Source: Octopus vulgaris (Eukaryota). Taken from it: a stretch of DNA of 64,000 nucleotides. The stretch's first letter is position 1, and every line of letters starts with the position of its first letter. The stretch covers positions 71,176,001-71,240,000 of the forward strand of contig OX597825.1 of the NCBI GenBank assembly GCA_951406725.2, read 5' to 3'. Of the stretch, positions 11,707-25,002 are shown piece by piece. Position numbers and translations under genes: made by a program. The notes beneath the pieces were generated by a model, which saw only the letters and a list, made by a program, of their open reading frames with translations, had not been told where the DNA came from and made no database searches.

Positions 11707-12644
11707 TATATACATATATTTTATAGATATAGGGTAAAAAGTTATTAATTTAATAATTAACAATTTTTACCAAGAAGCTTTGGTATGGAAAAAAAAACCA
11801 TTATCGGTAAAAACTTATATAAAAAATTTTTTTATAATTATAAATATATTTAAGGGTTTAGCAAAAAATACACACACACACATTTCAGTTTCCCCCAACC
11901 AAATCTATTCACAAGGTTCTGATAGGCCTGGGGCTATAATAGGAGACATTTTTCAGGGTGCCAGGCAGTGGACAATATTGTTGGGCAGCAAGTTCCTCAA
12001 CGTCATAGCAACATGATGAGGCTATAAATTCATGTGTATTCCTGAAATACGGAATGAAACTGCTCACAGTTGATTTGAACTCACAACCTAGTTCTTGTCT
12101 GCCGTTTGCACTTGACCAAATATGGCATCTTCGACAGGAAGGCACGGGTGGCAAAGAGTTATCGTTTTTAGGAGATGAAAAAAATAATCTTTTAATGAAA
12201 TTTCCTTCCTTCCAATTTTTTTTTTTTTTTTCAGTTTCCTTGTCTTTTCTTTTTTTCTCTTTGTCTCTGGTTCACAGGTGTCAACGAGTGCAATTCTGCC
12301 TTCGTATTCCTCCTGGAAGTGCAAGTTGAAATTTGTGTATCTTTCATTTACACTCCTTGCAAAACACTTAATACCACTCCTGTGTTGGCTGGTTTGCAAA
12401 ACCACAGAGTTAGTAGTAGTGGTGGTGGTGGAAAAAAAAAGGAGGAAGGGAGAACGAGAGAGGGGGATGGGGGGGAGTTAGAGAAGCCATTATTTTAAAA
12501 TCTGTTTTCTTTATGGAGTGTAATGCTGATTATAATTGTGCTGATGTTAATATATATGAAGGAATATGACTGGATCATCCTGATTTAAAATAGAAGTTAT
12601 AACATTTATAGTTTATACACTGATAGTGTCTGTATGTGGGAATT

Positions 12645-12678
12645 TATATATATATATATATATGCATATTAATATATG

Positions 12679-12714
<36 letters not shown>

Positions 12715-12730
12715 CATATATTAATATGCA

Positions 12731-12760
<30 letters not shown>
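12645..12760. repeat. AT-rich palindrome centred on (TA)15
   Basis: tatgcatattaatatatgcac (12661-12681) and its exact reverse complement (12712-12732) flank (TA)15; further (TA)n outside. Confidence 0.9.
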
Positions 12761-12779
<19 letters not shown>

Positions 12780-13258
12780 TCACGCACAGGCATTTTGCTC
12801 CTCTCCTCTCCTTTTAGCTTTGCACTTTTGAAGGGAAACATTGTTTCCTCAGCTGTCTCTAATACTTGTTATTCAAATAAACAAGTTTTGTTGAATTTTT
12901 GTCCCCCTCTCCCCTCCTCTCACCCTCTGCATGACCACTATAACTTTCAGTTTTAATGTATGATAAATGTCAGTTTGTTGTTTCTGGCTAATTTTCAATT
13001 AAGTTGAACGCGGTGGTGAGACGGTGGCAACTGACTGACACTGTAAAAATGTCAGATTAAGATACTTTGCGGACTTCTTGTCATTCCACTTCCGCGAATT
13101 AATAATTCCAGAGTTCGAGTCTTTATGGGGCCACTGATGCATTTCATGTTTTCTGGATCAATAAAACCAGTTGTGTTATATAATAGACCCTTTGAACTAT
13201 GCTTACCTTACAAAAACAGATATCATGCCTTTTCAGAAGTCATTATCATCATCATCGT

Positions 13259-13427
13259 CTAACCCTTTTGTTACCGTATTTATTTTGAGGTGTTCTGTGT
13301 TTCTTTCAATCAATTTTAAATATAACAAAGAATTTAGTAAAATAACTTAGTTATCATTCAGCTAGTGTTAGGAACATAAATTGTGGCTAAGGTTTGGTTT
13401 CAGCCGGGTTGGTATCGAAAGAGTTAA
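13259..13427. mobile_element. piggyBac-type MITE family 2 inserted into the TTAA of a family E SINE tail
   Basis: (c)TAACCCTTT...AAAGAGTTAA ends; homologous to 57659-57888 and to fragments near 6258 and 17415. The host SINE (minus strand, ~13245-13590) resumes after it. Confidence 0.75.
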
Positions 13428-14819
13428 TGTTTGTTTTCCATGCTGGCATGGGTTGGACTGTTTGAAAGGAGCTGAAGGGCTGCCCAGGCTCCATGTCTGT
13501 TTCGGCATCGTTTCTATGGCTGGATGCCCTTCCTAATGCCAACCACTTTACAGAGTATACTGGGTGCTTTTTACACAGCACCAGCACCTATGAGCCTGCA
13601 AGATTAGGGTTGAGCCTATATGCGAGGGCAACCATGCTTTTAATGTGCTTGATGTGTCCTTTCAAACACAGCAAACCACCTTCAGTATGGAAATGTATAG
13701 TACTGGGGCTGAAATATTTAGCTTGTTTGTTCATTTGTTTTATGTCTGTTTTTCTATGATAGCATGTGTTGGATGAGTACATATTATTCAGGCTCTGTTT
13801 TACAGCAAGATGCCCTTCCCGTGCTAATTCTTGGTTGTCCAGTGAATTTTTTTTGTTTTTTTTTTGTTTTCCTTCCTCTTGTCTTAGAAAGCAAAGAGCT
13901 AGACAATGATTTTGCTAATAAGGAATGTCAAGAAATAACATCATTTGTTTTGCTTAATGCTTTCATGTGTGAAGTGCAGACTGTATGATGCCCCTGTGGC
14001 AAATAAAAGAAATCATTACTTTCATCTTTATTATTATTATTGTTATTATTAAGGTGCCGAGCTGGCAGAATCATTAGCACACTGGTCATTTTGTCTGTTT
14101 TCATGTTCTGATTTCAAACTCCTCCAAGGTCGACTTTGCCATTCATCCTTTTGGGGATCGATGGAATTAGTACCAGTCACGCACTGGGATCAATGTAATT
14201 GACTATCTTCATTTGATCCACGTGACAAATTCACCTTTGTTTCGTTTTGCATACCCACCCCCTCTGCTAGATGAAAAGAGGAAAATATATAAATGAGAAA
14301 GAGAAATAGCCAATACCCTTGTAAGGAAATAGATAAAATTGTGTGGATATAGAATTCACTTCATAACCAAGTGGTTGCAGTTTCTATCCAACTGCATGGC
14401 ACTTTAGCCAGTGTCTTGCACTATAGCTGACAAAGTAAGTACAGAATTGAAATATGTTGATATTCTTTTATTTGTTTCAGTCATTTAACTGTGGCCATGC
14501 TGGGAATGATGGCCTGCTCGCCTAGCCAGCAGGGTGACATCATTTGAAGGCTAAAACAATGCAAAAGTGCATTTGTGATCAGTGATGTGTAACTATATCT
14601 GATATATCTTGTTGGTCATGTGATCTGTGTGTGTGTGTGTGTGTATATATATACATATATATATATATATGATGAACTCTCCTGTTGAATATGACTTATG
14701 AGTGTGTAGCCTTTGTACCAAATGACCTGCATATATGATTTGTTTATAGTGACCAACTGTATGTGTTGTACATTAGCTCACTTCCACCATATATAACAAT
14801 ATATACATATACATACATG

Positions 14820-14873
<54 letters not shown>

Positions 14874-15938
14874 TAAAAAGCACCCACTACACTCTCGTGG
14901 TTGGCATTAGGAAGGGCATCCAGCTGTAGAAACATTGCCAGATCAGATTGGAGTCTGGTGAAGCCTTCTGGCTTGCCAGCCTTTAGTCAAATCATCCAAC
15001 CCATGCCAGCATGGAAAGCAGACGTTAAACGCCAATGATGATGATGATGATACAGAAATATACGCATGCATAGATATAATTCAGTTTTGGTGTTACATTT
15101 ACACACACACTCATACATATACACCGTCCTCATGCATGCACACTTAAACATACACTTTACCCTTTGAACAAAATAAATATCATACTGTGTGCCTCTCTCA
15201 TTTAACATTTCTCAAACACCAAATCTCGTTTTGTTTTCATTTCAGTTCTGTTTCTAATCAAAATGTTTTGTTTTCTCATCAAGGTTAAACCTACTCTACT
15301 ACTTCTTAGATCTTTAGTATACATGCTTGTGTGTGTATGTGTGTGATTAATATATGCTCTCCACTTGTTGATCAACAACCGAATAAGATTAGGGTTTGTC
15401 ATGTAAGCTTGCTGCCACAAATACTTGTTCTCCTGTCTTGTTAACAAGAATAGAACGGGAAGAAGAAAACAAACCAAAATGAAATTGAAACCATTGAACT
15501 CTCCTCACGTCTTAAGATTTCCTTAGAAGGGAAAAGGTTTTCAGGAATGTAATATGGTGACAGATTAGGGTTCTATAAAGAGATGACAAAGATAGGTTTC
15601 TCACTGGTTTATTAATGCATTAAATCACGTGATCTTAGGTTCAGTCCCACTGTGCAGCACCTTGAGCAGGTATCTTCTTCTATGGCTATGGGCCAACCAA
15701 AGCCTTGTGAGTGGATTTGGTTGATAGAAGCTTAATAGAAGCTGTCATGTATATATATCTTTTACCTGTTTCAGTCATTAGTCTGTGGCCATGCTGGAGC
15801 ACTGCCTTGAATTCTTTTAGTGAAATGAATCGATCCCAGTACTTTTTTTTTTAACCTGATACTTTTACTATTGGTCTCTTTTGCTGACTCAATAGTTATG
15901 GGGATGTAAACACACCAATACTGGTTGTCAAGCAGAGG

Positions 15939-15970
<32 letters not shown>

Positions 15971-16149
15971 TATGATGAGCTTCTTTCAGTTTCTTTCTAC
16001 GAAATTCACTAATTAAGCTTTAGTGGGCCTGAGGCACTTGCCCAAGATGCCACAGTGGGACTGAACCCGGAACCATGTGGTTGGGAAGCAAGCTTCTTAC
16101 CACACTTGCACCTCTCTCTCTCCCTCTCTCTCTCTCTATATATATGTAT

Positions 16150-16446
16150 CACCATCCGAACGTGGCCGATGCCAGTGCCGCCTTGACTGGCTTCTGTGCT
16201 GGTGGCACGTTAAAAGCACCAACCGATCAGGGCCGCTGCCAGACTCCCCTGGCACCTGTGCCGGTGGCGCGTAAAAAGCACCCACTACACTCGCGGAGTG
16301 GTTGGCGTTAGGAAGGGCATCCAGCTGTAGAAACACTTCCAGATCAGACTGGAGCCTGGTGCAGCCTCCTGGCTTCCCAGACCCCGGTTGAACTGTCCAA
16401 CCCGTGCTAGCGCGGAAAACGGACGTTAAATGATGATGATGATGAT
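16150..16446 (+). mobile_element. SINE family E, young GC-rich copy with internal sub-repeats
   Basis: Repeated gtg..ggtggc.cgt.aaagcacc units, TGGTTGGCGTTAGGAAGGGCATCCAG, (GAT)n tail. Confidence 0.88.
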
Positions 16447-18014
16447 AGGTATTTAATTAATAACACCTGCCTGTAATATTGTTATCAGACTAATTGGCAG
16501 AAGCATAGGGATGTTAAACAAACTGCATTGTTCCATTTCTTCTGGCTCCCTACTTTATTAGTTTAAATGCCATCAAATGCCTTTAATCCTCTTGGAGCTG
16601 TTAAAACAAGTACCAGTTGTGTGCTGAGGTTGATGTATTCAATATCCCTCTCCCATCAAAATTGCTGGCCTTGTGCCAAAATTAGAAAAATCATAAAACA
16701 ACTGGCAGAAACGTTTGCCATCATCATTTAACGGCCGTCTTCCATGCTGGCATGGGTTGGATGGTTTGACAGGAACTGGCAAAAAGCCAGAGGACTGCAC
16801 CAAGCTCCACTGTCTGTTTTGGCATGGCTTTATAGTTGGATGCCCTTCCTAGCGCCAACTGGAATCAATGACATTTGTTTTGGTTTTTTATATTTTAAGT
16901 TCATATTTTGTCAAGGTGAACTTTCTTTTCATCCTTTGAGAGTCATTAAAATAAAGTACCAAGATACTAGACAAGTATTGGAGATGATGGGATTTACTAA
17001 ACACCTCTCTCAGAATTGCTGGCATTGTGCCTAAACTAGAAGCAAATATTGTAAGCTGGTATGGGCAACCTTTCTTGAGAAGCAGGCTGCATAAGACATA
17101 ATTCCTCTTCAGGATGATTGCTGTACTAAAATAAATTCAAGTTAAATTTTCGTTTAAGCATGCCATTCAGAAAGTCCCGTGGGCCATAGTTTGCTCATAA
17201 CTGCATATAAATATCAGAGAGTCCTTTGGGTTGTTTATGATTATATTCTGAGTTTAAATCCTTCCGTGGTTAACTTTGGATTTCAGTGTTTTGGGGGTCA
17301 TAAAATAAAGTACCAAGTACTGAAGCCAGTGTATTTTATTTAATCTCCTTCCTTTAAAATTGTTGGCCTTGTAAAAATTAGAACCAAGACTTTTTCCTGC
17401 CTCCTTTCTAAATCTTTTGATATCAACTTACCAGAGACCATCACCTGGTTTTGTGATATAAATTTCCTGTGAAAATATTAAAGTGATTTATATTAAAAAC
17501 CTTTCATCCAAATTTTATTTTAATTTGTGTTCCAAACACCGGATTAACAATGACAAAAGTTATTTGACTAAATCCTCCATTATTTTCAAAATCAATTGAA
17601 ACAAAAGCAGTGTATTTCAAAAGAAACCGTAACAAATGGGCTAATAAATACTAATGGCATTAGAACTAATTACTAATTCTCAGAGTTATTCTGGCTCATG
17701 AAAGGATTAACTTAACAAAATATTATTCCATTTCAGTGTTTTATCCTTTTGCACCTAGCCATAAATAGAACTCTCTCTTTAATGTCAATTCAATTTAGTT
17801 TCATTTCGAATTTGAAGAAAGAAAAATGAAAACTACCCAAAATGCAATTACTTGTGGCAAACATATGATGAGATTTTTGTTTTCTCCAATCATAGATTTG
17901 TTATGTAAGATAAGTAAATGACTAGAAGAACTACATTTTCTATATGCAATTACTCCCCACCTGTCCTTACCATTATATTTATATATTGGGATAAGTATCA
18001 AAATCAAATTTAAT

Positions 18015-18427
18015 GACTAGCATCCGTGCTAGTGGAGTGCTAAGAGTACCATACAAGCATGATCGTTGCTAGAGCAACAAGCTCGCCTCCGTGTCGGTGG
18101 CATGTAAAAAACACCATTCGAGCGTGATCGTTACCTGCATCGCCTTACTGGCACTTGTGCTGGTGGCACGTGAAAAAACATTCAAGTGAGGTCATTGCCA
18201 GTGCCGCTGGACTGGCTCCTGTGCAGGTGGCACATAAAAAGCACCATTTGAGCATGGCCATTGCCAGTACATTCTCGGAGTGGTTGGCATTAGGAAGGGC
18301 ATCTAGCTGTAGAAACTCTGCCAGATCAGATTGGAGTCTGGTGCAGCCATCTGGTTTGCCAGACCCCAGTCAAATCGTCCAACCCATGCTAGCATGGGAA
18401 GCGGACGTTAAACGATGATGATGATGA
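18015..18427 (+). mobile_element. SINE family E, long copy
   Basis: Three internal ~60-bp sub-repeats and a (GAT)n tail; reverse-complement homolog at 42326-42840. Confidence 0.88.
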
Positions 18428-19259
18428 TTTGAACGCCATATAGGAAATGAAAGACAAAATTAAAAGGCTATTGAAAATTTTCTCAGCGTGTCCATCTGTA
18501 TTTAAATGGATTTGCTGCTGCTACTACTACTACTACTACTACTACTATTACTACTACCATCACCATTGCTGCTACTGCTACTACCATCACCAAGACCACC
18601 ACCACCACAACTACCAAGAATACCTGATAGAGACTGTGTTCTTAGGTAATGCTGTGTGTGTGTGTGTGTGTGTGTGTGTGAGAGAATATGTTTATTGTAT
18701 TTGTGTGTGTGTGTAACCAATTTAGCTTTATTTGTATAACCCGTAACTTTCACCATATGACATGACATTGAATGAAGTTGAATCATCTAATTAATAAGTA
18801 CTGAAATAACCTAATTAAGAAAAAGAAAAAAAAAAGGCAGAAAACAAAACAAATGGAAAATTTCCCCAAATACCCTTTTCTCTTCACCCCAATCAACAAA
18901 TTTTTTTTTATTCAATAAACATTTGATTGAATGTATTGGTTTAAAGAGTGGCATTGGTGTAATTGACTTACCGATCCTTAACTGGTCCTTATTTTGTCAA
19001 CCCTGAAAGGATGAAAGGCAAAGCTGACCTTGGTAAAATTTGAACTTGGAACGTGAAGACATGAAATGCTGCTAGCATGCTAATGATTCTACCAGTTCGT
19101 TTGCCTTTAACTTGATTGAACATATTGGTATCTAAACTTGAATAGTGATTGAGATACACGACAGGTATTCAGCCAAGCAAACAAAATTTTAGTAAACAAA
19201 AAAACATTAAGAAACTATTGATGAGAAATGATAGTAGTGATAGTAGTGGCGGTAGTAGT

Positions 19260-20180
19260 AGTGTGGTTAGGAAGCTCACTTTGCAACCATATAGTCTTGG
19301 TTCAGTCTTAGCTTCTTGTCACCCTTGGATAAAGTGACTTTTGCTATAGTCCTGGGCCCGACCGAAGCCTTGTAAGTGAATCTGGTTGTCAAAAACTGTG
19401 GAAGCCTTCTCATACTTACACATATACACACATATATGTGTGTGTGTGTGTGTTTCATCTCCTACTCCTTGACAACTGATGTTAGTGTGTTTATGTCCCT
19501 GTAACTTAGTGGTTCAGCAAAAGAGACTGAAATAATAAGTTCTAGGTTTACAGTGAATATGTATTGGGGTTGATTTCTTTGACCCTTTAAAGTGGTGCTC
19601 CAGCATGGCTGCAGTCAAATGACTGAAACAAGTAAAAGAATAGACCCCCTGCTTGACAACTGGTATTGATTTGTTGACCTAGTGGTTTGGTAAAAAGTAA
19701 CTGAAAGAATATAAAAACCAAATTTAGAAAAAAAACAAAAAAGTTCCAGGGTCAATTTATTCAACTGCACCCTCTGAAATGGTGCCCCAGCATGGCCGCA
19801 GTCAAATGACTGAAACAAGTAAAAGAATAGACCCCCTGCTTAACAACTGGTATTGATTAGTTGACCTAGTGGTTTGGTAAAAAGTAACTGAAAGAATATA
19901 AATACCAAATTTATAAAAACCAAAAAAAAAGTTCCAGGGTCAATTTATTCAACTGCACCCTTTGAAATGGTGCCCCAGCATGGCCGCAGTCAAATGACTG
20001 AAACAAGTAAAAGAATAGACCCCTGCTTGACAACTGGTATTGATTTGTTTATGCCCCAAGAATATAAATACCAAATTTATAAAAACAAAAAAAAGTTCCA
20101 GGGTCAATTTATTCAACTGAACCCTTTGAGATGGTGCTCCAGCGTGGCCGCAGTGTAGTGACTGAAACAAGTAAAAAAAA
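19260..20180 (+). repeat. SINE family A copy followed by a ~188-bp tandem array (about 3 units) built from SINE A 3' sequence
   Basis: ggtgc(t/c)ccagc(a/g)tggc..cagt recurs at ~19593, 19781, 19969 and 20133. Confidence 0.85.
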
Positions 20181-22008
20181 AGTAACAGATATATACATAA
20201 TGTGCATCCATATTCTCATGTTAGATGGATGTGATGGTGAATGAAAGTAGTGGCGCATAAAAAAACCGGGCATCAATCTTAGCGATGCAGAATAATAGCT
20301 GTTTGTGAAGAAGAAATCTTAAACACATCAGGTTTCAGGCTGCTTGTTGTTTGGTTCTTGAAGATTAAGCTGGAAGCTTGTCATTTTTACTCTTCATTTA
20401 TTCGAGCGAATAAATTCTTTTTGACATAATACATATCAGATATTTAAAGCCGTAAACTCTATCTATGAATGGTTAACTGTGCAGTGATCTCTTGACACTT
20501 CCGAGAAATAGTTAAGTTAAACGCAGGCATGTCTGTGTGGTAAGAAGTTCCCGTTCGAATCACATGGTTCTGGGTTCAATCCCATTGCATAGTGCCTTTC
20601 ACTATAGATTTTTGGGCTGGCCAAAGCCTTGTGAGTGGATTTGATGGACAGAAGCTGAAAACAGAAGCCCATTGTGCGTGTGAGTATGTGTGTGTTTGTG
20701 TTTGTTCCTCGGCAGCACTTGACAGCTGGTGATGGTTTGTTTATGTCCCAATAATTTAGTGGTTCTGCATAAGAGACTGACAGAATAAGTATCAAGCTTT
20801 AAAAAAATAAGTACTGAGAATTCTTTTGATTAAACGTTTCGAAGTAGTGCTCCAGCATGGCCACAGTCCAAAGACTGAAACAAGTAAAATAAAATAAAAT
20901 AAACAAGGTAGTGCTCCGGCATGGCCACAGTTCAAAGACTGAAACAAGTAAAAGAATGAAAGAAAAAAAACGAAAAAAACAAAGAAGTATTGTGGAATAG
21001 GAAAGGTACAAATTGATAGTCATTTGAGTGCCAGGTTGAAAACCATTCAGAGGTTCCTTCTGGTGCTCTGTGTTCTGAGTTCAAATCCTATTGAAGTCTG
21101 CTTTGTCTCTCATCCTTTGGGAATTGATAAAATGCTAGTCCAGTTCTGGGTTTAGTGTCTTCTTTCTCTCTCTTGAAAGAAATCTGCCTTGTTCAGACCT
21201 GGAGAAAGAAGGAATCTAACAGGTTTATTTGCTCTTGACACACCATCTGTCCCAGTGGTGTCCCCTACTGCTCCCTAAGAGGTTGAGGGCTTGAGGAAGG
21301 AAGTGAGATTTTTTTTTCTTGTTTTGCAATTCAGTTATCATTGAAATTACATTCTTAAGGCAGTTTGACAGGGACCAACTAGTTGTGTTGAATGGGGGAA
21401 AATGTTTCATTGCACAGACAGAAAGATCTTGTAGTCTTTAGATATGAAAGGAAAAGAAAACTGCTTTATGGCATTTCAGTATAACTTCCACCTGTAAGGG
21501 TGTGTTTGGAGGTGGAGGAAACAGGTATTAAAACGATGACATGATGATGGTGATACTGACTTAATTTGATATTTCAGTATAAACTGCTGAATATCTAAAC
21601 TATGCCTGCTATATGTGTATGACTCGTATCACTCGGAAAGACATTAATTTAATTAGTTGTTGCTAATTTGGTGAAGCTTGGCAAGACATACCAATGAAAA
21701 ATATGATATGCAAACAGATGTCTGGAAATGAGTTAAATGTAAGAAAACAATGTGAAAGTGTCATCTCAATAATGTTGGACTTAATTTGATGATTCAAATA
21801 GAAATGCAAGATTAAAAAGAATTAAAAAGAGGGAGTAAGAAATTTTTCTTTATCCTTTTTTTTTTGTTAATCCCATAACTGCTCAGTTAATTTTTTAGCT
21901 TTTAATTTTCTGGTGTTGGCTGGGCAGAACCTGTTATTCAGTTTCAGGTTTTAACTTTAGAACATATAAATAGGTGTCTTTATTAATTTTTATATATTAT
22001 TATTATTA

Positions 22009-22039
<31 letters not shown>

Positions 22040-22050
22040 CTTTTATTATT

Positions 22051-22457
22051 ACTAGTAGTATAGCCCGACGTTGCTAGAGTTTGTTTTCTTTTCAACCCAT
22101 TAGAATTGGAATTTTGGAAAAGTAAAAATTTTGCATTATGTAGCTTGTTATTCTCTTTAAGTGAACAATTTTCTGGTTGAAATACACCGAAAAATGGCGA
22201 CACAGCAGTAAAAAAATCGTAAAAAATCAGGATTTTCATAGAAAAAAAACCACCTTTTTGATGTAAATAATTTTTGGTGGTAACATGGTCTATGGTCCAA
22301 TTTGAATTTTTTTCTTCTATGGAATGAAGAGCAAGCCTTCTTCTATCATACTCTCAATTTTGGTCAACTTGCGCCGCAGGGTCTCGGAGGAAATAGTGTT
22401 AGTTGAAGGTTACCAAACCTGCCATACACAGACAACTTCAGCTTTATATATAAAGAT
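22051..22457 (+). mobile_element. Non-autonomous Helitron/Helentron-associated (HINE/DINE-1-like) element
   Basis: Starts ACTAG...GCCCGACGTTGC and ends CAGACAACTTCAGCTTTATATATAAAGAT; inserted in an (ATT)n tract with no TSD. Confidence 0.68.
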
Positions 22458-22914
22458 TATGGTGGCAAGCTGGCAGAATTGTTAGCGTGCTGGTGAAAGT
22501 GCTTAGCAGCATTTCATCCATCTTCACGTTCTGGGCTCAAATTCCACCAAGGTCAACTTTGGCATGATTCGATGGTTTGACAGGAGCTGGTAAACCAAAG
22601 ATCTGTTCCAACCTCCTCCATCTGCTTTGGCATGGTTTTTATAGCTGATGCCTTTCCTAATGCCAACCACAATGATAATAATAAATACTAACAATCCTTT
22701 CTAGTATTGGAACAAGGCCTGAAATTTTGGTGGTAGTGGGTAAGTTGATGACATCAACCCCAGTGCTCAACTGGTACTTATTCTTTATCAACCTCAAAAA
22801 GATGAAAGGCAAAGTTGACATTGGAGGAATGTGAACTAAGAATGTTAAGACAGATGAAATGCTGCTAAGTGCTCTTTGTTCAGCATGCTACCGATTCCGC
22901 CAACTAGCTATTCT

Positions 22915-23369
22915 TACTCTCTTTTACTTGTTTCAGTCATTTGACTGTGGCCATGCTGGAGCACTGCCTTTAGTTGAGGAAACAGTGAATGAAGTTGAAT
23001 CATCTAATTAATAAGTACTGAAATAACATAATAAAGAAAAAAAAGCAGTAAACAAAACAAACGGAAAATTTCCCCCAAATACCCTTTTCTACTACTTATT
23101 CTATTGGTCTCTTTTGCTGAACTGCTAAGTTACGGGGACGTAAACACACCAGCATCGGTTGTCAAGCGATGTTGGTGGGGACAAACACAGACACACACAC
23201 ACACACACATATATGCATATATACGATGAGCTTCTTTCAGTTTCCATCTACCAAATCCACTCCCAAGATTTTGGTCAGTCCGAGGCTATAGTAGAAGGTG
23301 CTACACAGTGGGACTGAACCCAGAACCATATGATTGGTAAGTAAGCTACTTACCACACAGCCACTCCTT
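22915..23369 (-). mobile_element. SINE family A copy interrupted by a ~105-bp local duplication
   Basis: SINE homology breaks at ~22985-23090, which copies 18769-18881. Confidence 0.85.
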
Positions 23370-23594
23370 CATATTATCTAATAAAAATGATGATGATAAT
23401 TCTTTTTGCAATAGGTTCAGTGCTTGAGATTTTGGAGGGAGCGGGATAATCAAATACACCAACCCCAGCGCTCAACAATGTAAAGAGCTGGCAGAAATGG
23501 AGCTCAGCATTTTGTCAAGCATGATGAAGATTCTGCCAGTAACGATTTATCATTATCTAATAATAACGATTGTGTGTGTGTTCATGTGTGTTCA

Positions 23595-23631
<37 letters not shown>

Positions 23632-24339
23632 TGGAGCAAATGTTGAGAAGATTATTCTTATTATAGTGCAGTTTGAAATCCTCTTAATTTTAATGATTTG
23701 ATAAGAGTTAATGAACCTTGGTGATGGGATGGGGACGGTGATGTACATTTCTGTATGGAATGTGGTGGTAGTAGTAGTAGTAGTAATAGGGAGAAAGATT
23801 GCTTATCTTACATGTGGTATGTGGTCACGATTGTGGTGATAAGGGTCAGGTGAGATCGGCTCCATCTGAAACATGGAATGTATGTAGGCTGTACGCACGC
23901 ACGTGTTTCTGTCGGAGTATGTGTGATACGTTGATGACAATGTTATGTTTACAGTAAATATCATCACAGCTAGCAGGGATATCATGTCTTTAAGTTCATA
24001 GTTGCCTCTTCAAGAAGGATGTTATATCAGTTTGTCTCTGCTACACTACTGCAGAACTATACATACTTAAATCTATAGCTTATAACAGAGATGTGTGGTA
24101 CTGGAAAGTTTCTTGGCATCCAAAGTGTCGGCTGGTGTACATATAGACATGTGTAATATTTGTTTAGTCCTATATCTGTTTGATTGAACTGTACTGATCT
24201 AACCACACCATCCCATTTTCATTTTTCATTAAGCCTTGTGAGTGGATTTTGTAGGTGGAAACTGAAAGAAGCCTGTTGTGTGTGTGTGTGTGTGTGTGTA
24301 TAGACAAACACATGCATGTGCACATGCCAGTTTAGCTGG

Positions 24340-24598
24340 GCCACTGTTATCTCCCATTCGTTGGCCCCTTCTTTCTGGTCATCTTAACATGTAGAATCTT
24401 TGATCCAGACACATTTTTGCTCTCTTCGGTTTTTTTTTCTGTCTCTCTTCATTTTGTTTCCTCTCATCCCTTTCCCTCGAAGAGTGTAGGCTTGAAACGT
24501 CAAAGATATTTTCCAATTTTCCCTGACCATCACTCTAATACACCTGCATGTTGTCCCCTCACCTGTCTCTGTCTTTTGTCTCCTCTACATTTGAACCA
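24340..24598 (+). mobile_element. PLE-type terminal fragment, family H1 copy 1, with hammerhead-like motif at 24470-24505
   Basis: cttt-ccctcga-a-GAGT(gtag)GCTT-GAAA-CG-TC-aaag; flanks homologous to 38605-38830 and 54495-54675. Confidence 0.65.
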
Positions 24599-24616
24599 CA
24601 CACACAAAAGGTACAA

Positions 24617-25002
24617 GCATGGCTGAATGGTTCCAGGCTTACTTCCACTGCATGGCATCTTGAGCAAATGTCTTCTATATCCCTGGACCAACCAAAGCCT
24701 TGTGAGTGGATTTGGTAGATGGAAACTGAAAGAAGTCCATTGCATATGCATGTGTGTATTTTAGTGTCTCCTTGCCTTGACATCATGTGATGATAGTTGT
24801 AAACAAGTGTCACTGATATACAAGCAATATCATTAATTTCCAATTATCTGTGAAAATGTGTTTAGCCATGGGGGAATTATTGCCTTACTTGGAAACAAGT
24901 GAGAGTTGGCGATGGGAAGGGCATCCAGCCATAGAAAATCTGCCTCAACAAATTCTGTCCAGCCCATGCAAGCATCGAAAAGTGGTCATTAAAATAATGA
25001 TG
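24617..25002 (+). mobile_element. SINE family F (family A head/CORE joined to a family-E-like RTE-type tail)
   Basis: gcaaatgtcttc...gaaactgaaagaag head, then gggaagggcatccagcc...cccatgcaagcat...gatgatg; related copies at ~28235, 42915, 49895, 58490 and 60830. Confidence 0.75.

Noticed and set aside
19593-20180. Regularly spaced repeats suggestive of a CRISPR array
   Set aside because: The 'spacers' are near-identical and SINE-derived, there are no cas genes, and the context is eukaryotic.
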